DNA from: the human T2T-CHM13v2.0 reference genome, Homo sapiens
DNA length: 64,000 nt
Direction: 5' to 3' (one strand)
NCBI RefSeq assembly: GCF_009914755.1
Contig: NC_060946.1
Under the pieces are notes generated by a model. The model was given only the letters and a program-made list of their open reading frames with translations. It did no database searches and was not told where the DNA came from. A program made the position numbers and the translations under genes. This document shows positions 1-13,408 of the stretch, piece by piece. How positions within the stretch are numbered: the stretch's first letter is position 1; each line of letters starts with the position of its first letter.

Positions 1-2892
1 TGGATGAAGAGATAATCCCTTTTTAGTGAGAGCAGGCTCCCAGCTTTGTGCACTATGACATCATCCCACTAAGCAGCCTCCACGCCAGCATCCCTGGGCT
101 CCCGCCTCTGCAGTCCAGGCTGAGGAGAAATTACAGATGCGGAAACTCATCAGCCAGGGACAGAGGTGCCTCTGTTACAAGGGGAGGGCCAGGAACACAG
201 CCTATGTTGGGACCTAGAAGTCCTGAGCCCCACACCCTTGCCTCCATTCTCCAAGGCCCATTTACCGTTATCAGCTTCTGGGATTTAAGAAACTGCTGTC
301 GGGAGAGGTATGGGAGCCAGCCTGGAAGAGGCAACTGGTCATTCAACTGTAGCCCAGAGGCACAAACTGACACCCCAGACAGCTGAGTTTGGACAAGGGC
401 AGAGGGACAGCCAGTGGCTATAAGCCCACACTATGGAGGGAGGCTGCTGTGTTGAGACCCCCAGCTCTACACTGACTGTTTATCTGTGGAGTCTGGGGCA
501 AGTTGATTAACTGCTCAGTGCCTCAGTTTCACTAGCTCTAAAGTGGGGCGAGTAATTGTGCCTATCATAAATGGGTATGATTTTGGCAGTGCCGGGGGCA
601 TCATACTGAAAATAAGTGCCTTGTACATTGTGGGTACCCAGGAAGCCAGTTTACAGCCCCTCAGAGGAGACCCATCAGCAGGCATCTGAGGGAGCCTGGA
701 GCCCTGCATCCTGCAGGTGCCTGGGGTCTTGTGCCCAGGAGAAGCTGCTCCCTCACTCCACAGCAGTCTACAGAGCACCCCCTGACCAGGGGTACACCTG
801 TTTGTGCAGGTGTCAGCAGGGAGCCCTGGGCCTCTCTGGGCTCTGACTTTCCCTGGCAGGACTGTAGAGGGCCCAGAACCCTGCCTTCTCCCAGCCAGGC
901 CCTTCCCTCCCTTCCCCAAACTCACGGCCTCCTCACCGCTCTCTGCCTCAGATTCAGGACTAATCTCACTACGTCCTTCATCCCTGTTTGCATCAGGGGC
1001 TGCAAGAAGCTCAGCTCACCTCTCCCTCAAGGCCATGAATACTCCTTTTCTGACCCCATCTGCTGCAACCTTTTCTCCAAGCCCTCTGGAGGCCCTCCCT
1101 GGAACATTCTTTCCTTTCTTGCTTGGACTGAAACCTAGCTCTCCCAAGACCTGCTTCCCCTCCCTGGGCATCCTCCTATGTGGGGCTGCTTTCCTCCCTC
1201 CCTGCCCCTCATGCCTTCACTGGAGTGGGACAGGTCCTTACGAACCATCTCCTATGCCCGTTCTGAGGAGCCCTCTGGTTCTGAATCCCTGCACAAGCTC
1301 TGTTGCCCTGGCCGTCTCTCCTCCCCAGCACCACACCACCAGATTGCTCTTGTAGGGCACGACGTGGTCTCCATGTGGCTGAGCCCAACCGCCAGTCCTC
1401 AGGCCTCATGTTTCTTTGGTCATGAGGATTTCCTCACCTCACCACCTCCCCGTCCCTGAAACACTTCCAGGAAATGAGGCCACTTCTCTGCAATTTTGGT
1501 TGTTCAGTAATGTGCTATTGTGCTCTTTAAGAAACTGATACACATCTTGGTGTGTTTAAGCCTTTAGGGAAGTGGGAGGATACTGGGGGCTGCTGTGTGA
1601 GCACCTCTATGCCATACCAAGTAAGACCAGTGAGGGAAACTGGACCGCTAAGCTGCAGGGCTACCTCCCCCTCCAGGATGCTTTTCACATCTTCCAAGAT
1701 CCCCTCACTGGAGATCTTCCATGGCCTGGACTCATCTTAGGCCTCCCTGTTCTGTCCATGTGCTACTGGGGTGCCTGCCGATCAGATAATTGGTGATGCT
1801 GTCACTGAACTGACTGCCCGCGGGGACTCGTGGTCTTTGGCATTCCAGGCTCCACCACAGTCTCTGCATCCACAGGCAACTGTGGTCCTGGCTGCTCTCT
1901 GCTGTTAGGTTTCCCTTCCATTTTTACTTATTGCCTAAAGAACTTCATACAAAACTCTACTTAAAAGCAGTTTATTCCACAGTCCCACATAGAACACATC
2001 AACTATTTTAATTTTTTTCTTCTTTCCTATCACTGTCTAAAAGCACTCTTTTTTTTTTTTACATAGTAAGACCCAGTGTGGTTGACTGTATCTAATTTTT
2101 AACCTATTATTAGATGGGCAAAATTTTTTTTTTTTTTTTTGAGACAGAGTCTGCTCTGGGTGATTCTCTTTGATTCTCTCTGTTCTCATTCCATCACATG
2201 CTCTATGGACGCATAACCCTTCAATTGCACTCATATAACCTGTCAGTAACTTTTCACTCCCTGAGCCAAGAGCTTCTCCTTCCAAGCTTCAGCAAGACCA
2301 ATTTCTGACCCATGGAGCAATGGGTAACACCAGCCTCACCGAACTCACATGCCCAGTTGTGGAAGCAAATTTCATTTTATGGTAATTCTATTTTGCCAGT
2401 ACAGGCGGTGTAGCACGTTAGTTTATAGGTTAACCTTTGGCGTTAAAGAGATCCAGCTCTTGGCGTGTCTCCTGAGTAATTTACTTAACTGAGACCCACA
2501 TTCCCCATCTGTATAATGACTAAAACAAAACTAATTCTGTCTCAAAGTGATTGTGACACTTCAAGGAGACAACATACAGAAGTGCCCACATACCCAATTT
2601 ATGGCTGTTCTTATTTTCATTCATTTTTTTTTTTTTTTTGAGATGGAATCTCGTTCTATCACCCAGGTTGGAGTGCAGTGGGCATGATCTCGGCTCACTG
2701 CAAACTCCGCCTCCCAGGTTCACGCCATTCTCCTGCCTCAGCCTCCCAAGTAGCTGGGACTACAAGCGCCCACCACCACACCCAGCTAATGTTTTGTATT
2801 TTTAGTAGAGACGGGGTTTCACTGTGTGAGCCAGGATGGTCTCGATTTCCTGACCTCGTAATCCGCCCACCTTGCACCTGCTTATTAACTAC

Positions 2893-3090
2893 AGCCATAT
2901 GTAGCAGAATGACATTTTGGTCAATGACAGAACACATGTATGACAGTGGTCCCATAAGATTATAACAAAGCTGAAAATTTCCTTTTCCCCAGTAAAGTCG
3001 TACCTGTTAGAAGGTCGGCGCAGTGCATTACTTACGTGTCTGTGGTGAGGCGGGTGTAAACAAACCTACTGCGCTGCGTCATTACAGTAA
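2893..3090 (+). mobile_element. Tigger3/MER7-like DNA transposon fragment
   Basis: GGTCAATGACAGA...GGTCCCATAAGATTATAA...AACAAACCTACTGCGCTG resembles the Tigger3 consensus (from memory). Confidence 0.6.
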
Positions 3091-3414
3091 AACAACACTT
3101 CTTTTTGGAGAACATTTTAAGTAATATGTTATACAAATGACAGACTAACCACAGTGATGGAATTTTTAGAAAGAGATAAAACTAAGAGTCCGTGAGGATT
3201 TGGAGAAACGGCTACTCACATATGCTGTTAGAGGAGCATGAATTGGTGTCATCATTTTGGAAAAAGTTTGGCATTATTTATAACAATGAAAGATATGCCC
3301 CCTTCTAACAGTCTACTCCACAAAAGTGAGTGCTGGTGTTATTCCAAAACCACTGACAAAAATACTCAAAGCACCATTACTTGAGATAGCCACAATTACA
3401 TTAAAAATAACCCT

Positions 3415-3733
<319 letters not shown>

Positions 3734-4520
3734 TTAAGTGATGAATAGCAACTTAGAGAACAAAACCAAAGCCAAATTTTTGAAGACAGGAAATAGTGTG
3801 ATACTATCTTTTGTGGGAAGGAACTTTTGGCTTCCCAAAAAATTAGAGAACTGGGAGAAAGAAGCCACATCTCAGAATCTGTGATTGGGTTGGGCAGTGG
3901 AGGCTGGAAAAGTGCTCAAGGTCAAACTTTTCTCCTCCCCTCAAAGGAGACTGGAGTTTTACCAGTGACCCCAGAGTGAATATTCACTCCACCATCCACT
4001 CCGGGAGATCCCTTTAAACCAGGAGTGCACAGTGAGGACAGAAACATGAATGTGCACTAACAAGTCCTGAAAGTTCAGAGGGTGATTCTCGATTTCCCCT
4101 TGGCACACAGCACAAGGACTGTTTCTCTAGGTTCCAGGAAATGCCTGTGAGAGAGTTGTGTCCCCCAGATTCCCTTCATCACAGATGACACCCAGTGCTT
4201 AGGCCTATACCCCTTGTGCCCACTCCCAAGGAGTGTTGACTAATCCAAACCAAAGGCTATGATGTTCCACAGGGCACAAAAGAGCAGGTGCACTGCAAAG
4301 ATAATCTCTCATGAACGCAGCACCCTCATAGCCCATAGAGACAGTTCTTACCATGATGCCAAGAAACTCTGAAAACAACAAGCCAGACCTCACACATATT
4401 TCCATTTTCTTTCTGATTTCATACCCCCTCCTTCAGCCCCTCCTCACAAGCAACAGGGATAACCTGGAGGCTCCTGGGAACCTTTTCCCATTGGGTTTTT
4501 GCTGGCACGTAGTTCCCTAC

Positions 4521-4562
4521 CTGGATGAATCTCTTCATCACTTAGACTCTCCAGCGTCAAGT
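4521..4562 (-). CDS. DRICH1: DRICH1 exon 11, 42 nt: (D)LTLESLSDEEIHP; terminal stop-containing exon not found in window
   Basis: TTTTTGTTTCTAAAG acceptor, GTAGGG donor; phase 1-1; exons 1-11 total 682 nt of open frame. Confidence 0.85.
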
Positions 4563-4870
4563 CTTTAGAAACAAAAACACCAGAATAAGTCATTAGAGAG
4601 AGTGACTCACCCACTCCTCCTACTTTACTTTAGCTGAAGCTGAGTGATGAGCTAGTCTCCCACTCCATGCTGCTTCATACATGATCCCCTAATCTTTCTT
4701 CTGGGTCGACAAACCTTCCTACAGCTTCTCAGGCCAGAGTTCTATACTGGCAGAATCACTTTCACGAGAACCCCAAGCCTCTTTCCCAGCAGGACCCCAG
4801 AATCAGGTTTCTATACACTGAAGCTAGCAAGTTTTTTCCCTCAGGAAGTGAGTTATCTCATGGTACATAC

Positions 4871-4892
4871 CACTTTCTATCCGAGCTGTTAT
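4871..4892 (-). CDS. DRICH1: DRICH1 microexon 10, 22 nt: ITARIES
   Basis: CAG|ATAACAGCTCGGATAGAAAGTG|GTATGT; same context as the other 22-nt exons. Confidence 0.85.
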
Positions 4893-5366
4893 CTGCAATT
4901 ATATAAAAGAAAACATTATGAAAATCAGATTCTGCTGTGCGCTTCACACAGATCTGTTATTCTCTGGACAACGATAAAAAACCAGAAGGCAGTATAGTGA
5001 TTGAGCCATAGGTCAAAGTCCCCCAAAGACTAGCACAGAGGATAGCTATAGAAAAACAAGACCTCTATTTGTAGAATTTACCTTTAATTTTATATGCAAA
5101 TGCACAATGCTTAATTCAAGGTGGAAAACTGTTGTTGTGGAAAATGCCTCAGTATTCCAGTTGATAATGGATGCTGTCATTTAAAAGCACCCTAGTGGAC
5201 CACATATAAGTTGGGAAGACACTCCTATGGAATTCCAGCCCCACAAAGAGAATAGTGTACAGTGTACATAATGTGCATTGCCAGATTTTCATATCAAAAT
5301 TAATTGAGAAATAAAGGAATCAGGAAAGCAACATTGCTGTAGAAGACAAAAAAAGGGAGGTCTTAC

Positions 5367-5446
5367 GTGGATGTCATCATCATCTTCTTCTTCTTCATCT
5401 TTGTGTCTCAGTGAGCATCTTAAAAACAGGCTATCTTCAGAACAAG
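5367..5446 (-). CDS. DRICH1: DRICH1 exon 9, 80 nt: (A)CSEDSLFLRCSLRHKDEEEEDDDDIH
   Basis: AG/GTAAG ends; diverged paralog of exons 2, 4 and 7; phase 1 to 0. Confidence 0.88.
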
Positions 5447-6501
5447 CTGGAAGGACACAGAGGAAAGATCAGTGCACCGGTGGTTGGTGACTCTGAGTCA
5501 CTCGGGGAGCTTTGCTGGATGTGGTGTATGGAGGTGGTTGATTAACAAGCATGGACTGAGTTGATGCTGGGCTATTCCCCTGAGTGGAAGAGGGATGGCA
5601 AAGAAGGGAAGCATGAAAGACATGAGACATGGAGGCCTTGGCCTTGTACTAGAGGCATCAGGAAGCAACACAAAACAATCACCCCCAAATGTAAGTAAAA
5701 TGCACACTAAGGGTCAGTGGAAGAGTGCCTTCCTCCCTCTCAAATGTTTTGAAACTCTTCAAAACCAACAGGATTTTCTTAACGTATTCAAGACTGTGTC
5801 AGTACACTAGGATCTAATTATGCTGATACTACATTTAGCATCTCTTTTAAAGGATTTATTACTTATTTAAAATCATATTTTATTTTGAAATGGACTCAAT
5901 TTTACCCAAATTATTCTATTAATGACACTTTCTTTTTCATAGAGATCATTTTAAAAATTCAATATTAAAATGCTACAATTAAAAATAGTCATGATTTCCT
6001 CTTTGTAAGTCTTCTTCTGGAACAACTTCTACACACACTTTTGGACAGCAGCTCCTGTGTCACTCTCCCTGAGGAGATTCCCTAAAAATCAGGCTTCATT
6101 CAAACAGGCCAAGCCCACAGAGCCTGCTCTAACTATACCAGTGAAGCTGAGAGACGTGACTCTGAACACTTTCTGCCATGAGGATAAGTTTCCAGGTTCA
6201 AATATACATTATCTACTGAACTGGGGAAATGTATACCAATACAAATGAACAAATTCATGAAAAAAAGTCCATGAGTATGGGGGTGATTTTTGGTTAGCTA
6301 TCTTATATAAAAATTATTTTTTTGGTTGAGCACTCTGGCTCAGACCTGTAATCCCAGCAGTTTGGGAGGCTGAGGTGGGTGGATGACCTGAGGTCAGCAG
6401 TTCATGACCAGCCTGGCCAACATGGTAAAACCCCGTCTCTACTAAAAATACAAAAAAATTAGCCAGGCATGGCGGTGAGTGCCTGTAATTCCAGCTACTC
6501 A

Positions 6502-6606
<105 letters not shown>

Positions 6607-6714
6607 TCAAAATATACATATATATTTATTTGATACCTATTCATTCAGACATATAAAATATTGGTATAAGAAACCAAAAATTTTTATCAGTCATGTTAAA
6701 TCTAATTATCAGCT

Positions 6715-7200
6715 GTCAACATGAAGATCCTCGGAAGTAAAGAAGGTACAAATAAGTGGAAAGGCATCCTGTATTCATGGATAGGAAGACTAAACCTGAC
6801 TAACACACAATACTACACAGATGATCTACAGACTCACAAGAACTGCTATCAAACTGGCAACAGCCATCTGTGCAGAAATGGAAAACATAATCCTACAACT
6901 TTAATGAATTTTATATGTCTCAAGTAACCATGATGATGTTAAAACAATAGTGTTAGAGGTTGCACATTCATGAGATTGAAATCCACACACACACACAAAT
7001 ACAGAAATTCAGACAGCATGGTTCTAGCATGGGGGCACTCATAAGTTTCACAGATATAGAGAGCCAAGAATTGAATGCACACATACACTGTAAACTGATC
7101 TTCAACAAAAGTGTCAAAAATACACAATGGGGAAAGGACAGCCTCTTCCACAAATGATGGTAAAACTGCATATTCTCATTCAAATAAAGAAATAGAATGT
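6715..7200 (+). mobile_element. Old L1 ORF2 remnant, triplicated (also about 10475-10930 and 14670-15125)
   Basis: TCATGGATAGGAAGA... and CAATGGGGAAAGGA... motifs match the young L1 in this window at about 58630-59060; peptide [18 protein letters not shown]. Confidence 0.8.
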
Positions 7201-8084
7201 TGACAGTGTGCTCAAGGTTGTGCTTCTCCCTCCATTTCCAAGACACTGAAGCTTGTGCAGTGAGCCCAGAGTGTATTTTCATTCTGTCCTCCATGCCCAG
7301 GAAGAGCTCTTGATACCAGAGGTAAGCAAGAAAAACAGACAAATGAATGTGCTGCCATGAAACCTAACAGTTCATAAGGTGAGAATTAATCTCTCCTATG
7401 CATCTGGGCACACCACAGAAGAATTTTGTCTCCAGAATTAAGTAACTGCCTGTGACAGAACTCTGTCCTAAACCAAAGGCTTTGAGATTTTGCAGTGGCA
7501 CAGGCAGAAAAGAGCAGGTGTTCTAGAAAGATCATCTGTAAATAATAAAGTAAGAAGAGGTGATCGAAAACACAGGATACTCAAAAGCCCATAAACATAG
7601 TACTTCTCACCATGATGACATTAAACTCTAAAAAGAACAAACTTGACCTATATTTACTTTTTCTTTATCTATTTCTGCACCTTCCCTAACCCTGCCAAGC
7701 AGCAGGTATAACATGAAGGCTCCTGGAAATGCTGTATTATTAGACCCCACTTGAAATCTTTTTACCTACCTGGAAAGGCATACTCTTCCCTGCTGAGATT
7801 CTCCAGAATCCAATCTTTAGAACCACCAACATCAGGATAAGTCAGTGAGAGGTGCACTCACTTCTACTCCAGGTGAAGACACACTGGCTCACACAAAATC
7901 TCCTGGTTGGTCCTCTGGGTTCACACACATTTCTACAGCCCCTCTTCTCATAGCTATACACTTGCAGAATCATTTGCTCTCACCACACCCCCAATATTTT
8001 TTAACAGGAACCCAGATTAAGGTTTCCATATATTAAAGCCAGCAAGTTTGTTTCTCAGAAAGTGAGTTAGTTCAAGGTACATAC

Positions 8085-8106
8085 CCTGGACAGGTGACGG
8101 TAAAAT
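8085..8106 (-). CDS. DRICH1: DRICH1 microexon 8, 22 nt: ILPSPVQ
   Basis: CAG|ATTTTACCGTCACCTGTCCAGG|GTATGT. Confidence 0.88.
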
Positions 8107-8545
8107 CTGCAATGAGATAAAAGAAGATGCTGTAAGGATCAGATCAATTCTGCCACACCCCTTACACAGATCTGTTAGTCTCTTGATGACTTCACAAAAC
8201 TATTTGTAAGACAGTGGTAAGTCAAGGTCAAAGACCAAACATTCTAGCATAGAGGACATGTGTGGAAAAGACAAGAGCTTTTCCCACAGAATTTATCTTT
8301 GAAGTTGATTTAGATTGGTAAATGCACAATGTCTAATCCAAGGAGAAAAACTGGTGTGGAGGAAATGCCTCTGCATTACAGTTGATGATGGATGCTGTCA
8401 TTTAAAAACATCCTAGTGTGTCATGCATTAGATGAAAAGAAACTCCCACTGAACTCCATCCTCACAAAGAGAATTGTGTATGTTGTACATAATGTGACTT
8501 GTCATATTTTTATATCAAAATTAATTGAGAAGGGAAGAAATCAGG

Positions 8546-8760
8546 TGAAGGAAATAATGTATACAGTGGTCCATGTTTAATACAAAGTGCCTTGAACCGG
8601 TCTAGGTCAGCAAAAAAACCAGAATAGGATATGCTAGGCTCCTGCTTGGATTGGCAATGCCTGCTTGTTGGGCCCCCTCTCCTGGGAAATCTCACTTTTA
8701 CTGTTTTTCAGCTGCCTGAGTCCATTCTTTGGGATTGGATTGGTGAGTTTGTTTCTCACA
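8546..8760 (+). mobile_element. Third copy of the solo LTR, internally deleted
   Basis: Same termini and flanks; about 380 bp of the middle missing relative to 16493-17084. Confidence 0.8.
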
Positions 8761-8806
8761 TCAGAAAACCAACATTTCCTTAGAAGACAAAGAAAGGTTG
8801 TCTTAC

Positions 8807-8889
8807 CTGGGCATCATCATCATCATCATCACAGTCATCATCTTCACTTCGTGGTAGGCATACTAAACTCAGGTTGTCCTCAGAAGAAC
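8807..8889 (-). CDS. DRICH1: DRICH1 exon 7, 83 nt: (C)SSEDNLSLVCLPRSEDDDCDDDDDDAQ
   Basis: AG/GTAAG ends; nucleotide-identical to exon 4 in this sequence. Confidence 0.9.
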
Positions 8890-9335
8890 CTGGAAGCACA
8901 CAGAGGAAAGATCCGTGCCCTGGTTGTTTGTGACTGTGAGTCACTCAGGGAGCTTTGCTGGATGTGGTATATGGAGGTGGTTGATTAACAAACATGGACT
9001 GGTTAATGCTGGAAGAGGGATGGCAGAGGAGGGGAGCAGGCATGAGGCATGGAGGCCTTGGCCTTGTACTAGAGGCATCACGCAGCAACACAAAACAGTC
9101 AACCCCAAATGGAACTAAAGCACACACTAAGGGTCAATGGAAGAGTGCCTTCCTCCCTCTCAAATGTTTTGAAACTCTTCTAAACAAACAGTATTTTCTT
9201 AATGTATTCAAGACTGTGTAAGTACACTGGACATAATTATGCTGGTACAACATCTAGCATCTGTTTTAAAGGATTAATTACTTAATTTATTGGTGAAATG
9301 GATTCAATTTTACCCAAATTACTCTATTCTATTGA

Positions 9336-9527
<192 letters not shown>

Positions 9528-10124
9528 TAGTGGAGTTGGAGTTTCACCGTGTTAGCCAGGATGGTCTCCATCTCCTGATCTCATGATCCACCCACCTCGG
9601 CCTCCCAAAGTGCTGGGATTACAGGGGTGAGCCACCGCACCCAGCTGATCACAATTTTTTTTTTCATAGAGATCATTTAAAAAATTAAATATTAAAATAC
9701 TAAAATTAAAAATAGTCATGATTTCCTCTTTGTAAGTCTTCTTCTGGAACCATGGTGTGTGAACACAAACTTTTGGGTCCCTGTGATCAAGGGCTTCAGC
9801 AGCTCTGTGTCAATCTCCCTGAGGAGATTCCCTAAAGATCAGGCTTCATTGAAACAGGCCAAGCTCACAGAGCCTGCTCTACCTGTACCAGTGAAGCTGA
9901 GAGAGGTGACTCTGAACACTTTCTGCCATGAGGATAAGTTTCCAGGTTCAAATATACATGATCTACTGAAATGAGGAAATGTATATCAATAGAAATGAAC
10001 AAATTCATGAAAAAATGTCCATGAGTACGGGGGTGATTTTTGGTTAACTAGCTTATGTAATTTTTTTACCTTGATGCCTATTCATTCAGACATACAAAAT
10101 ATTGGTATAAGATATCACAAATTT

Positions 10125-10430
10125 GTCCAGGCGCGGTGGCTCATGCCTGTAATCCCAGCACTTTGGGAGGCCGAGGTGGGGGGATCACGAGGTCAAGAGA
10201 TCGAGACCATCCTGGCCAACATGGTAAAACCACGTCTCTACTAAATCTTCAAAAATTAGCTGGACGTGGTGGCATGCATCTGTAGTCCCAGCTACTAGGG
10301 AGGATAAGGCAGGAGAATCAGTTCAACCTGGAAGGCAGAGGTGGCAGTGAGGAGAGATCACATCACTGCACCCCAGTATGGTGACAAGAGTGAGACTCCG
10401 TCTCAAAAAAAAAAAAAAAAAAAGAAAAAG
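10125..10430 (+). mobile_element. Alu shared by descent with the paralogous Alu at about 14315-14625
   Basis: Same insertion site (ATCACAAATTT flanks) and shared private changes GGAGGATAAGGCAG and CACCCCAGTATGGTGAC; absent from the unit at about 6670. Confidence 0.85.
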
Positions 10431-10597
10431 AAATCACAAATTTATATTAGTCATGTTAAATCTAACTAATCAGCTGTCAACATAAAGTTTCTAAAAGTAA
10501 AAAACATACAAATAAGTTGAAAGGCTTCCCATATTCATGGATAGGAAGACTCAGCATGACTAACACACAATACTACACACATGATCTACAGACTCAC

Positions 10598-10627
10598 AAG
10601 AACTGCTATCAAACCGGTAACAGCCAC
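10598..10627 (-). CDS. DRICH1: DRICH1 microexon 6, 30 nt: (G)GCYRFDSSS, within an antisense L1 remnant
   Basis: CAG|GTGGCTGTTACCGGTTTGATAGCAGTTCTT|GTGAGT; symmetric phase 1-1; matches the recalled DRICH1 peptide. Confidence 0.82.
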
Positions 10628-11827
10628 CTGCGGAGAAATGGAAAAGTTAATCTAAGACTTTAAGGAATCTCTATGTGCCTCAAATAACCATGGTAATGTT
10701 GAAAAAGAACAGTGTTGGAGGATGCACATTCATGAGATTGAAATCTACAAAAAACAGAGAAATGCAAACAGCATGCTTCCAGCATGGAGGTATCACAGAT
10801 ATAGAATACAGAGCCCAGAATTAAATGCACACATACAGAGTCAGCTGATCTTCAACAAAGTTGTCAAGAATACACAATGGGGAAAGGAAAGCCTCTTCCA
10901 CAAATGATGGTAAAACTGCATATTCTCATTCACATGAAAAAACAGAATGCTGATAGATGCTGAAGGTTGTGCTTCTCCCTCCATTTCCAAGACACTGGAG
11001 CTATTGCAGTGAGCCCAGAGTGAATTTTCATTCTGTCCTCCACACTCAGGGAGATGTCTTGATACCAGAGGTAAACAGCAAGCACAGACAAATGAATGTG
11101 CTGCCATGAAACCTAACAGTTCATAAGGTGAGGATCCATTTCTCCTATGCATCTGGGCACACCACAGAATTCTGTCTCCAGGAGTGAGTAACTGCTTGTG
11201 ACAGAACTGTGTCCCACACCAAAGACTCTGAGATTTTGCAGTGCCAGAGGCAGAAAAGAGCAGGTGTTCTCAGAAAAATAAACTTTAAATAATAAAGCAA
11301 GAAGAGGTGAACAAAAACATAGGATACTCAAAAGCCCATAAACATAGTACTTCTCATCATGATGACATTAAACTCTGAAAAGAACTCGGCTTATATTTAC
11401 TTTTTCTTTTTCTCTTTTTACACCCTCCCTCACCTCCCAAGCAGCAGATACAACATGAAGGTTCCTGGAAATGCTGTTTTATTAGATCCCACCTCAAGTC
11501 TTGTTGCCCACCTGGAAAGGTAACCTCTTCCCTGCTGAGATTCTCCAGAATCCACTCTTTATAACCACCAACATCAGGATAGGTCAGTGAGCGGTGCACT
11601 CACTTCTCCAACTCCAGGTGAAGACACACTGGCTCACACAAAATCTCCTGCTTGGTCCTCTGGTTCACACACATTTCTACAGCCCCTCTGCTCATAGTTA
11701 TACACTTGCAGAATCATTTGCTCTCACCACACCCCCAATATTTTTAACAGGAACCCAGATTAAGGTTCCTATATATTAAAGCCAGCAAGTTTGTTTCTCA
11801 GAAAGTGAGTTAGTTCAAGGTACATAC

Positions 11828-11849
11828 CCTGGACACGTGACGGTAAAAT
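11828..11849 (-). CDS. DRICH1: DRICH1 microexon 5, 22 nt: ILPSRVQ
   Basis: CAG|ATTTTACCGTCACGTGTCCAGG|GTATGT. Confidence 0.88.
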
Positions 11850-12316
11850 CTGCAACGAGACAAAAGAAGATGCTATGAGGATCAGATCAATTCTGCTGCA
11901 CCCCTTACACAGATCTGTTATTCTCTTGATGACTTCAGAAAACTAGTTGTGAAACTGTTGTTGAGTCAAGGTCAAAGGCCAAACATTCTAGCATAGAGAA
12001 CACCTGTGGAAAAGACAAGAGCTTTTCCCACAGAATTTATCTTTAAGGTATTGGTATTGGTATCTTTAAGGCTATTGACTTAGATTGGTAAATGCACAAT
12101 GCCTAATCCAAAGAGAAAAACTGGTGTGGAGGAAAATGCCTCTGCATTACAGTAGATGATGGACACCATCATTTAAAAACATCCTAGTGTGTCATGTATT
12201 CGATGAAAAGAAACTCCCGCTGAACTCCATCCTCACAGAGAGAACTGTGTATGTTGTATATAATGCGCCTTGTCATATTTTTATACCAAGATTAATTGAG
12301 AAGGAAAGAAATCAGG

Positions 12317-13137
12317 TGAAGGAAATAATGTATACAGTGGTCCATTTTTAACACAATCTGCCTTGAACTGGTTTAGGTGAGCAAAACACAGAAGAAATAG
12401 GATATGCTGGGCTCCTGCTTGGATGGGCAATGCCTGCTTGTTGGGCCCCCTCTCCTCCCCACTTAATTGCCCTCACTTCAACCAAAGAAGTTTAGTCTAA
12501 GTTGAAAGTTTACTAGCCTGCAAAATAGCTCGCTTTGTCTGTTCTTATCAGCCTGCCCAGCTACTTAGGTCATAGGTCAAATACTTGAAGAGCCCCTGAG
12601 CTCACTAGGATGGTAATGCATTGTGGGCTGCAACAAAATGCAGTAAGACAACCATAAAAAAAAAAATACCTAAAGCCCCTCCCCAACAATCAATATGTGA
12701 CACCCACGAAGATTGTGACCTCATAGTACTCAGCCTATGAGGAACCAGGGTAGGGACCTGCACACTAGGGGATAAATTGCTTGTTGAAACTGTGCTGGGT
12801 GTGTCTGCCCATAAGGTACCGGATCTTGCAAGATCTTGCAAGACTGTCATTAAAAGTCTCACTTTCGGCCAGGTGGGGTGGCTCATGCCTGTAATACCAG
12901 CACTTTCGGAAGCCGAGGTGGGTGGATTACCTGCGGTCAGGAGTTCGAGACCAGCCTGGCCAAAATGGTAAAACACCGTCTCTACTAAGAATACAAAAAT
13001 TATCTGGGCATGAAGACACATGCCTGTAATCCCAGCTACCTGGGAGGCTGAGGCAGGAGAATTCATTGAGCCCAGGAGATGGAGCCGAGATTGCACCACT
13101 GCACTCCAGCCTGGTGAACTGAGTGAGACTCTGTCTC

Positions 13138-13169
<32 letters not shown>

Positions 13170-13279
13170 AGAAAAGAAAAGAAAAAAGAAACAAAGAAAG
13201 GAAAGAAAATCTCACTTTTGTTGTTTATAGCTCCCTGAGTCCATTCTTTGGGATTGGACTGGTGAGTTTGTTTCTCACA
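12317..13279 (+). mobile_element. Second copy of the same solo LTR, interrupted by an Alu (about 12867-13206)
   Basis: Same TGAAGGAAATAATGTATACAG start and TTTCTCACA end; flanks TCAGG/TCAGA. Confidence 0.85.
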
Positions 13280-13325
13280 TCAGAAAACCAACATTTCCTT
13301 AGAAGACAAAGAAAGATTGTCTTAC

Positions 13326-13408
13326 CTGGGCATCATCATCATCATCATCACAGTCATCATCTTCACTTCGTGGTAGGCATACTAAACTCAGGTTGTCCTC
13401 AGAAGAAC
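13326..13408 (-). CDS. DRICH1: DRICH1 exon 4, 83 nt: (G)SSEDNLSLVCLPRSEDDDCDDDDDDAQ
   Basis: AG/GTAAG ends; (GAT)6 poly-Asp; phase 1 to 0. Confidence 0.9.

Noticed and set aside
48-1800. Several 60-183 aa ORFs, and a search for the DRICH1 terminal exon
   Set aside because: No homology recognised and no convincing acceptor plus stop; the last exon is probably outside the window
4211-4239. Possible 29-nt microexon (TAG|TCAACACTCC...AAGGG|GTATAG) in a segment missing from the other units
   Set aside because: Weak donor, and its phase (0 to 2) does not fit the cassette; a resemblance to FAM153 microexons is too slight to support
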